32,000 nt of DNA from Nostoc sp. CMAA1605. Its GTDB lineage: Bacteria; Cyanobacteriota; Cyanobacteriia; Cyanobacteriales; Nostocaceae. How positions within the stretch are numbered: position 1 is the first letter of the stretch; every line of letters starts with the position of its first letter. The DNA is taken from assembly GCF_021596505.1 (NCBI RefSeq), contig NZ_PJIZ01000018.1, positions 15,365-47,364 of the forward strand, written 5' to 3'. Shown in pieces: positions 8,951 through 17,150 of the stretch. The translations under genes and the position numbers were made by a program. The notes under the pieces are model-generated. The model made no database searches, was not told the origin of the DNA, and saw nothing but the letters and a program-made list of their open reading frames with translations.

Positions 8951-9210
8951 AAAAACTCTGCAATGTAGGCTTACTGCTGAATTATCAGTGGTAGCAGTGA
9001 AGAAGCTAGAGTGATTGTTTCTCTCCCTAACTTGAGTATGTCCCTTCAGTTCCGGTCTAAAACCGATAAACTGAACGGTATATTTGATGACTGTTATCGA
9101 TAGTAAAATTACCTTTGGGTAGTTTTGGCGATCGCAGTTATCTTAATCCAGTTTTGGAGACGCACTTCACCCGCAACTAAACTGTAAACGCCTACATTTG
9201 CAGAGTTTAA
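8951..9210. mobile_element. about 260-bp element bounded by 19-20-nt terminal inverted repeats (MITE-like, or a long structured RNA)
   Basis: The left end is aaaactctgcaatgtaggc (8951-8970). The right end is gcctacatttgcagagttt (9190-9208). They are reverse complements apart from one extra A. There is an internal 8-bp hairpin near the left end. Confidence 0.35.
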
Positions 9211-9281
9211 AAACATAATGTAGTATATGTAGCATAATGTTTTCTATGGTTTACTGATTTCCCGATGAACAAGTTTTAGTC

Positions 9282-9872
9282 ATGTCAAAATTCGAGAACC
9301 AACTAGAAACGTTTCACGCTGCAAATCGTCAAGCATGGCGCGAATGGTTAGAGGAGAACCATCAAAGTTCTGTTGGTGTATGGTTAATTTACTATAAAGT
9401 CAAAAGTAAAAAACCAAGCATTAGATATAGTGAAGCAGTTCAAGAAGCTTTATGTTTTGGTTGGATTGATAGTAAAGTTAAATCTCTAGATGCAGAGCGT
9501 TATATGCAAATATTTACGCCGCGTAAAACCAAAAGTGTGTGGTCAAAATTAAATAAGCAATATATAACAGAATTAATTGCCCAAGGTTTAATGACGGAGG
9601 CTGGTTTAGTAAAAATTACAGCCGCCCAACAAGACGGTTCATGGACTATTTTAGACGCGATTGAGGAATTAATTATCCCAGAAGACTTACAAGAAGCATT
9701 AGCAGTGAATGAAGTTGCAAATAATTACTTTGTAGGCTTTAGTAACTCAACCAAAAAGAATATTCTCTTTTGGATTACTAGCGCGAAACGTCCAGAAACA
9801 AGAAAGAAGCGAATTGAGCAAACCATAAATTCAGCAGCACAAAATAAAAGTCCCTTATCAGTAATTTTCTAA
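9282..9872 (+). CDS. YdeI/OmpD-associated family protein
   Basis: 196 aa. The pattern WREWLEENH...GVWLIYYK...YSEAVQEALCFGWIDSKVKSLD...FTPRKTKSVWSKLN is typical of this family. Confidence 0.7.
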   Translation: MSKFENQLETFHAANRQAWREWLEENHQSSVGVWLIYYKVKSKKPSIRYSEAVQEALCFGWIDSKVKSLDAERYMQIFTPRKTKSVWSKLNKQYITELIAQGLMTEAGLVKITAAQQDGSWTILDAIEELIIPEDLQEALAVNEVANNYFVGFSNSTKKNILFWITSAKRPETRKKRIEQTINSAAQNKSPLSVIF

Positions 9873-9903
9873 GTTTTAACTTTGATTAGTAGGTGAAAAT
9901 TAT

Positions 9904-11429
9904 ATGTGGAAAACATTTTACATCAAGCCTCATGAAATTGGGGTTCTGTATCATCGCAGTGATTTTAAGAAAATCTTGACTCCTGGAACTTATTTTTATT
10001 TAGGGGTGAATTGGCAGGTAAAAACCTATGACCTCAATTATCCAGAGGCCAATATAGAAAATTTAGAACTTTTATGGCGGAATCACAGTGAGGAATTACA
10101 GAGACACTTATTAGTAGTGCGTACAGCATTTAATCAAGCGGCTTTAGTGCGGTGCGGTCAAACTTGGGTGAGTGTTGCCCCTAATCAACTAGTAGCTTTT
10201 TGGCGTGGTTTTATTGAAGTCGAATCTCATGTTTTCAACTTAAATGAAAGCTTAGAATTACCTGCTGAATTTGTGCAGCAATTACGGGGAATTTATTTAA
10301 GTGGAATTCAAACTTTTCAAGTTTCTGAACATGAAATTGGATTGCTGTATGTGCAGAATAACTTTGTTCGTCCACTAGAACCAGGAGAATATGCTTTTTG
10401 GGATGTAAATAGAAGTGTGGCGGTGAAAACTCTCAGCCGGATTTTACCGAATCCAGAATTTCCCCTAGAGGACGCGCTAATTCAACGACATCCTGAATTT
10501 GTGGCGGCTTATTGTGAAATAGTGCAATTACAAAATCACCAAGTTGCGATCGCCCGTTATCAAGGCAAAGTCATCTCTATTCTACCGCCATGCAGCCGCA
10601 AACTATTTTGGCGGGGTGTGGAAGTGGAAGTAATTGACATCAGCACTGAGACTAAATTGTCTTCTCGCTTAGTGACAGAGTTAGTTTCTGGTTTACCAGA
10701 GACTTTAGTCTTGAGTCGCAATTTTCTGCATATCTGCGAAGTGCGCCCGCAAAACATCGGGTTACTATATATCAATCAAGAGTTTCAAACACAACTACAA
10801 CCAGGAAAACACGCTTGGTGGCTATTTGGACGTTCCTTACAAACGGAAGTCTTTGACTTGCGTCAGCAAACTCTGGAAGTCTCTGGACAAGACATCCTCT
10901 CCAAAGATAAAGTCCCCTTACGTTTAAACTTAACAGCAGGCTATCGTATTGTAGACCCCTCACCGCGAGGAATGGACTAGTAGATATTACTGGATATCTA
11001 TATAAAGAATTACAGTTTGCTCTACGTGCTGCCGTGGGTGAAAAAGCTTTAGATGCTTTATTGGAAGATAAAGGTGTAATTGACCAGAGTATTTTTGAAT
11101 ACATTAGTCAAAAAACTTCCGCCTACGGAATTGCAGTAGATTCCGTAGGTATTAAAGACATCATTCTCCCTGGCGAGATTAGAACAATTTTGAGCAAAGT
11201 AGTAGAAGCGGAAAAAGCCGCCCAAGCCAACGTAGTTCGTCGTCGTGAAGAGACAGCTGCTACTCGCAGTATGTTAAATACAGCCAAGGTGATGGAAGAT
11301 AACCCCATCGCGTTACGATTGAAGGAATTGGAAGTATTAGAAAGGATTGCTGAAAAAATTGAGAAAATTCAAGTTAATGGGAGTTTAGATAGTATTTTGA
11401 CCGAATTAATTCAGATTAACCGCAATTAA
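9904..11429 (+). pseudogene. SPFH/band-7 (slipin-like) protein, frameshifted as sequenced
   Basis: ORFs 9904..10980 and 11034..11429 are two halves of one SPFH domain: ...LRLNLTAGYRIVDP | LTARNGLVDITGYLYKELQFALRAAVGEKALDALL...IILPGEI...AEKAAQANV. The frame changes in the C4 run at 10956-10959. Confidence 0.8.
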
Positions 11430-11555
11430 TCATTGGTCATTAGTCATTAGTCAGTTGAGGCGGGTTATGTGAGATATTCACCCTAGAAAAAAATATTTTG
11501 GTCAAACCCGCCCCTACATTTAGTTATTAGTCAGTTCATGTTATTTTCATATATA

Positions 11556-11592
11556 AATTAAACCTTGGATTCATAAAAACCAAGGTTTAATT
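11556..11592 (+). terminator. 13-bp perfect hairpin downstream of the SPFH gene
   Basis: aattaaaccttgg-attcataaaaa-ccaaggtttaatt, followed by gtttg. The U-tract is weak. Confidence 0.45.
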
Positions 11593-11914
11593 GTTTGCCC
11601 TCTCACTTACTAAAAGTAAGTGTAGGTCTTTTACCCCGGATATTTGGTTTAACGTACTAATTGCTGGCCAATGTACGTAAATTAAGAACTCCTCACACAC
11701 CTCACACACTATTGATCTGACCACGAAAACAAGTACACAACTCTCTTACTGATGATGATGGATTTCAGCCATTCATCTGCTTTAAAGTTAGCTGTTTACT
11801 AGTTAGTATTTATCGTCCTGGAGATTGAAAGATACATCAGCAATGACTAATCTTTAGATAGAGACTCAATTTATTTTTATAGTTAAAACTCATAGAAATT
11901 CCCATGAGCAACCA

Positions 11915-12586
11915 ATGACAATTAGAACACTGGGATTAGCATCAAATCTATATGATTACTTGATATCTGTTTCCTTACGTGAAGCCGAAATACTAACTAA
12001 ATTACGCCAAGAAACAGCCCAACATCCAATGGGGAGAATGCAAATTGCACCAGAACAAGGACAATTTATCACTTTATTAGTGCAATTATTAGGAGCAAAG
12101 AAAACCTTAGAAATAGGAGTATTTACAGGTTATAGTTCCCTAGTAGTGGCGTTAGCGTTACCACCTGAAGGGCAGATAGTAGCTTGTGATACTAGTGAAG
12201 AGTTTACAGCGATCGCCCGCCGTTATTGGCAACAAGCAGGAGTAGACCATAAAATTAACCTCCACATCGCCCCAGCCCTAGAAACTTTAGATAATTTACT
12301 TGCCGCAGGACAAGCAGAGACATTTGACTTTGCTTTTATAGATGCAGACAAAAGCAACTATGAAAACTATTATGAGCGATCGCTGCAACTAGTCCGCCCT
12401 GGTGGACTAATAGCCATTGATAATGTTCTGTGGTCAGGAAGAGTTGCAGACCCCCAAATCCAAGATAATCGCACCAAAAAAATCCGCGCCTTCAATGAAA
12501 AACTACTACAAGACCAGCGAGTTAATATCAGTCTCGTCCCCATAGGCGACGGCTTGACTCTAGCCTTAAAGCAAGGGAACAAGTGA
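11915..12586 (+). CDS. class I SAM-dependent O-methyltransferase (caffeoyl-CoA OMT / Methyltransf_3 family)
   Basis: 223 aa with LEIGVFTGYSSL (SAM motif I), FDFAFIDADKSNY and GGLIAIDNVLW. Confidence 0.85.
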   Translation: MTIRTLGLASNLYDYLISVSLREAEILTKLRQETAQHPMGRMQIAPEQGQFITLLVQLLGAKKTLEIGVFTGYSSLVVALALPPEGQIVACDTSEEFTAIARRYWQQAGVDHKINLHIAPALETLDNLLAAGQAETFDFAFIDADKSNYENYYERSLQLVRPGGLIAIDNVLWSGRVADPQIQDNRTKKIRAFNEKLLQDQRVNISLVPIGDGLTLALKQGNK

Positions 12587-12636
12587 TAGGTGATACTGAA
12601 CCTGAATTTTCACGCTATGTAAAAATACTAGGATTC

Positions 12637-12712
12637 AGTTCGTAGTAAGGACTTTAGTCCTTTTCTGTTCGCGGAACATCTCGGAAAGAGAACTAAAGTT
12701 CTCACTACAAAC
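12637..12712. mobile_element. MITE-like small dispersed repeat, copy 2 (shorter)
   Basis: agttcgtagtaaggactttagtcc ... gagaactaaagttctcactacaaacc. It has the same termini as the element at 6661-6781. Confidence 0.6.
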
Positions 12713-12808
12713 CTCTGACTTTTCAATCATAATTTGCGCTTTTTTCTCTGTTGAGAAACTGTTATGCTGAGGAAAATCAGTATAATCTCGTAATATTATT
12801 GTTAAGTT

Positions 12809-13267
12809 ATGGAACCAGTAACCTTAACAGCCGTAGGAACTGCGATCGCTACTATAGTTTTAACTAAGGCTTTAGAAAAAACAGGCGAAAAGCTGGGAGA
12901 AGCAGCAATAGAAAAAAGTAACGAGTTAATCGCCAAGCTACGCCAGAAAAATAAGCTGCCCTTGTTAGCCAATACGTCACAGGAAGACACACAGCAGCCG
13001 TTAGATTATGGTCAAGCCTTGTTGGAGTTGAAAGCCGCAGCCGATAAAGATGACGATATTGCTCAATCGGTGCGGGAAGTAGAAGCGACAATCAATCAAG
13101 ATAAATCCCCCAAGGCTGAGGAAATTCAAAAATTAGCCGCAGAAATTCAAGCGCAGCCATCAATTGTTAATAACTTTGCCAAGTTAGCAGAAAGTATCCA
13201 AGCTGAAAAAGGGGCAATGGTTGCCCAACAAATTACAATTGGGGAACAGCACAACACATACAACTGA
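12809..13267 (+). CDS. 152-aa all-helical N-domain protein; in frame with the downstream NB-ARC ORF and ended by a single TGA
   Basis: ATG at 12809. There is a hydrophobic small-xxx-small helix (EPVTLTAVGTAIATIVLTKAL) followed by charged helical sequence. The stop at 13265-13267 is the only interruption of a frame that continues into 13337..15931. Confidence 0.65.
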   Translation: MEPVTLTAVGTAIATIVLTKALEKTGEKLGEAAIEKSNELIAKLRQKNKLPLLANTSQEDTQQPLDYGQALLELKAAADKDDDIAQSVREVEATINQDKSPKAEEIQKLAAEIQAQPSIVNNFAKLAESIQAEKGAMVAQQITIGEQHNTYN

Positions 13268-13336
13268 CTACAGTCGCCCAGACAGGAACGGGTAAAGTTA
13301 AATCCTGAAATACCGCAAAATTTACCCCTGAGTGGA

Positions 13337-15931
13337 GTGGTGAAATTTGTCGGACGTGATGAAGAACTGCAACAACTCCATAAACTATTGCAGGAAAATA
13401 ACCAAGTGCTGACTGAGCGTAGTCGAAGTGTAGCCATTGCGGCTATTTTGGGAATGGGTGGACTGGGTAAAACAGAACTCGCCTTGCAATATGCCATGAT
13501 ACAGCACGAAAACTACAAAGGTGGACTGTGCTGGTTACAGGCGAAAGTTGAGGACTTTGGCGTTCAAGTGGTGCAGTTTGCCAGAACTCAGCTTGATTTA
13601 AAGCCACCAGAAGAATTTGATTTACCTGCACAAGTACAATACTGCTGGCGGAATTGGCGTGAGGGTAATGTGCTGCTGGTGGTGGATGATGTTACAGATT
13701 ACCAGCAAATCAAACCTTACCTACAGGGCGCATCTTCCAGATTTAAAGTGTTGATGACTACGCGCCAAAAGTTGGGTGCAGCCATCAAGCAATTATCTTT
13801 AGATGTATTACAACCAGATGCAGCGTTGGAGTTGTTACGGTCTTTGCTGGCAAAAACACCAGGGCGAATTGAGAGAGAATTAGATGTAGCAAAACAGTTG
13901 TGTGAATGGCTGGGGTATTTGCCTTTGGGTTTAGAGTTGGTGGGGCGATATCTGGCGCGGAAGCAGGATTTGTCTATATCGAAAATGATGGGGCGATTAA
14001 AGGAAAAGGAAAAGCCGCTAGAACAACCTGCACTTGTCAAGCCAGAAGCCGATATGACAGCACAAAGGGGAGTGCAAGCAGCCTTTGAGTTGAGTTGGCA
14101 GGAATTAGGAGAGAATGATAAATTATTAGGCTGTGTACTCAGTTTATTTGCATCTGCACCCATACCTTGGGAATTAGTAGAACAGAACTTAACAGAGGAA
14201 TATGAGGGCGAGTTAGAGGAAATTCGGGATGATAAATTACTGAATCTGCATTTACTCCAGCGCAAAGGTGAGGGAATTTATCAACTACATCCCTTACTGC
14301 GGGAATTTTTCCAATCTAAGTTTACAGGTTTAGAGCAAGCAGAGGAATATAAGGGATGGTTTTGTCAGGTAATGGTAGCAGTTGCTCAAGAAATTCCTCA
14401 GACTCCTACCCTTGAGGAAATTAACGCTGTTTCCCTTGCCATACCACACATAGCTGAAGTAGCAAACAATCTCATTCAATACGTCAGTGATGAAAATTTA
14501 ACTTTGCCTTTCGTCGGCTTGAGTCGCTTTTATAAAGGACAAGGATTATATACCCAAGCCGAACCTTGGTGTCAGCAGTGTTTATCAACACTACAAAACC
14601 GCTTGGGAGACAATCATCCCGATGTCGCCACTAGCCTCAACAACTTGGCTGAAGTCTACTATTTCCAAGGAAAGTACGACCAAGCCGAACCCCTGTATCT
14701 CCAAGCTTTAGCACTCGATAAACGCCTGCTGGGAGACAATCATCCCTCAGTCGCCACTAGCCTCAATAACTTGGCATTACTCTACAATTCTCAAGGAAAG
14801 TACGACCAAGCCGAACCCCTGTTTCTCCAAGCTATAGAACTCTATAAACGTCTGCTGGGAGACAACCATCCCGATGTCGCCACTAGCCTCAACAACTTGG
14901 CACTATTCCACGAATCCCAAGGAAAGTACGACCAAGCCGAACCCCTGTATCTCCAAGCTTTAGAACTCAGACAACGCCTGCTCGGAGACAATCATCCCTA
15001 TGTCGCCAGTACCCTCAACAACTTGGCATTACTCTACAAATCCCAAGGAAAGTACGACCAAGCAGAACCCTTGTATCTCCAAGCTTTAGAACTCAGACAA
15101 CGCCTGCTCGGAGACAATCATCCCTATGTCGCCAGTACCCTCAACAACTTGGCATCACTCTACTATTCCCAAGGAAAGTACGACCAAGCCGAACCCCTGT
15201 ATCTCCAAGCTTTAGCACTCAGACAACGCCTACTGGGAGACAATCATCCCGATGTCGCCACCAGCCTTAACAACTTGGCATTACTCTACTATTCCCAAGG
15301 AAAGTACGAACAAGCCGAACCCCTGTATCTCCAAGCTTTAGAACTCTATAAACGCCTGCTGGGAGATAATCATCCCCTTGTTGCCCTAAGCCTCAACAAC
15401 TTGGCATTACTCTACTATTCCCAAGGAAAGTACGACCAAGCCGAACCCCTGTTTCTCCAAGCTATAGAACTCTATAAACGTCTGCTGGGAGACAACCATC
15501 CCGATGTCGCCACTAGCCTCAACAACTTGGCACTATTCCACGAATCCCAAGGAAAGTACGAGCAAGCCGAACCCCTTTTACTCCAAGCTTTAGAACTCTA
15601 TAAACTCCTGCTGGGAGACAATCATCCCAATGTCGCCCTAAGCCTCAACAACTTGGCTGCACTCTACCGTTCCCAAGGAAAGTACGACCAAGCCGAACCC
15701 CTGTATCTCCAAGCTTTAGAACTCTATAAATGCCTGCTGGGAGACAATCATCCCAATGTCGCCCTAAGCCTCAACAACTTGGCATTACTCTACCATTCCC
15801 AAGGACTTTACCAGCGAGCCGAATTTCTGTATTCCCAAGCTTTGAATATTTTGGAGCGCAGTTTAGGAGGGAATCATCCTCATACTGTGACTGTGCGTGA
15901 GAATTTAGCAAATTTACGCGATTATCTCTAA
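13337..15931 (+). CDS. NB-ARC (STAND) NTPase with C-terminal TPR array; frame is open from 13268
   Basis: Walker A [11 protein letters not shown], Walker B LLVVDDV, MTTRQ, and a GLPL-type motif [11 protein letters not shown], followed by 10.5 TPR units of 42 aa. The listed GTG start has no well-spaced SD. The first ATG lies inside the P-loop. Confidence 0.85.
   Translation: [864 protein letters not shown]
14603..15928 (+). repeat. 126-nt tandem coding repeat (42-aa TPR units, 10.5 copies) with very high inter-unit identity
   Basis: Units of the form [42 protein letters not shown]. The stretch 14821-14931 is identical to 15451-15561, an offset of 630 nt (5 units). Confidence 0.9.
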
Positions 15932-15982
15932 TGAGAACAGGAAAATTTACCTTCCCAACCTCATCACTCTAGCTTTTATCTC

Positions 15983-16190
15983 CAAGTTTCGTGCTTTGAA
16001 CTCAAAGTTTCATGTTCAGAACCCGAACTTTCGTGTTGCAAACGAGAATGTTCCTGTTTTCAACTAAAGTATTCTTGTTTCCAGTGAGAACGTTCTTGTT
16101 CTAAAGGAGAATGTTTTTGTTTCAAACGAGAACTTTCCTGTTTCCAGTGAGAATGTTCCTGTTTCAACGGAGAATCTTCTAGTAAGTAGG
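15983..16190. repeat. tandem array of about ten degenerate 21-nt units (consensus GAGAAYGTTCCTGTTTCAAMN)
   Basis: Units read at 16044, 16066, 16086, 16107, 16128, 16149 and 16170, plus three more degenerate units upstream. No ORF runs through the array. Confidence 0.85.
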
Positions 16191-16250
16191 GTGCGTCAGT
16201 GCGAGAAAACCTAACTATACCAAGGGATTATTCATACTGACGCACCCTAC
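16186..16250. terminator. repeat-family hairpin GTAGGGTGCGTCAGT-loop-ACTGACGCACCCTAC between convergent genes
   Basis: A perfect 15-bp inverted repeat with a 35-nt loop. A second copy lies at 21581-21645. Confidence 0.5.
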
Positions 16251-16273
16251 CAACTAATGACTAATGACTATCT

Positions 16274-16885
16274 TCACTTCTTCGGCCAACGCCAATTGTA
16301 GCGATTCCACTCATACATACCTTGAATCTCGTATTCAGTACCGTTGTAGAAACGCACAACGCAGCTAGTAGAAGTATCTTCCTCCTGATGAACTTCATTA
16401 ATCTGAATCACAATCGAAAGAAACCATTCGCGTTTGCAAGGGCCATCATCTTGCACCCATTCCCATAGGGCATTGGAAACTTCAATGCGATCGCCTATTC
16501 TGAGTTTTAAAGCATCCTCAAAATAGGCATACTTATCGAAGTGATACGACTCGACACGATTTAACCATTGCAAACCGTAGCGTTCTCGGATAAACTGCAC
16601 CTTACCTGAGTCGTTGTTATTTAACCAATCGTTGAGTAACTGCACCTTCCAAGTCCGGTTTTGCTGTTCCTCCGTCTTGACAAACTCTAGGAATATCTCT
16701 AATTCCTCTGGAGTCAGTTCATCTAGAGGGTTAGGCGCATCTGATTTGCCAGACTTAGACTGCTTGTAAATTTCCTCGACTAATTGTAGTAAAATTTCCT
16801 TCTGCCTATCAGTGAGAGGACAGCTGGCTGCATCACAACGATTAAAAGCTGCTAGCAAAGCTGTTGTTATCTCATCTGGTGTCAT
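16274..16885 (-). CDS. conserved hypothetical protein
   Basis: A 203-aa ORF with good coding texture. No family motif was recognised. Confidence 0.6.
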   Translation of the reverse strand: MTPDEITTALLAAFNRCDAASCPLTDRQKEILLQLVEEIYKQSKSGKSDAPNPLDELTPEELEIFLEFVKTEEQQNRTWKVQLLNDWLNNNDSGKVQFIRERYGLQWLNRVESYHFDKYAYFEDALKLRIGDRIEVSNALWEWVQDDGPCKREWFLSIVIQINEVHQEEDTSTSCVVRFYNGTEYEIQGMYEWNRYNWRWPKK

Positions 16886-16960
16886 AAGTTAATACTAATC
16901 GAGAAGCTGATTTAATAATTATTACAAAAGTTAAATAGAAGTTTCTAGTTATTAGGGAGC

Positions 16961-17106
16961 AGGTTATGGGGAATAGGTTATAGATTATAGGTTATGGGTT
17001 ACAGGGAACAGGGAACAGGGAACAGATGATAATAGTTGTTCTCTTCCAGTCCCCAGTCCCCAGCGATGCACTGAGCTTGTCGAAGTGTCCCCAATCCCTA
17101 TCCCCA
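16961..17106. repeat. heptamer arrays (GGTTATG-like, GGGAACA x3, CCCCAGT/CCCCAAT) enclosing 30-nt core copy 1 (17061-17090)
   Basis: Read directly. Confidence 0.85.
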
Positions 17107-17150
17107 ACGTTATAAAGTTTAACTATGTTTCCTTGCTACCTTATACAGTT

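Noticed and set aside
10772-11104. 110-aa minus-strand ORF bridging the SPFH frameshift
   Set aside because: It is antisense to clearly homologous SPFH coding sequence and exists only because of the local composition.
13265-13267. TGA as a selenocysteine codon
   Set aside because: I found no SECIS-like hairpin immediately downstream. To my knowledge selenoprotein machinery is not a feature of this lineage, and the position lies in a linker rather than a redox site. Readthrough or a nonsense mutation is more parsimonious.
13717-14265. 182-aa minus-strand ORF inside the NB-ARC region
   Set aside because: It is a Ser/Asn/Cys-rich antisense shadow of a strongly supported plus-strand CDS.
14603-16190. 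CRISPR-like appearance of regularly spaced repeats
   Set aside because: The 126-nt units are in-frame coding TPR repeats with no unique spacers. The 21-nt units are directly abutting tandem repeats, also without spacers. No cas genes are nearby.
17085-17150. N-terminal extension MSPIPIPNVIKFNYVSLLPYTV of the 176-aa ORF
   Set aside because: The extension begins inside the CCCCAAT repeat array. The internal ATG at 17151, which precedes the TM helix, is the more plausible start.
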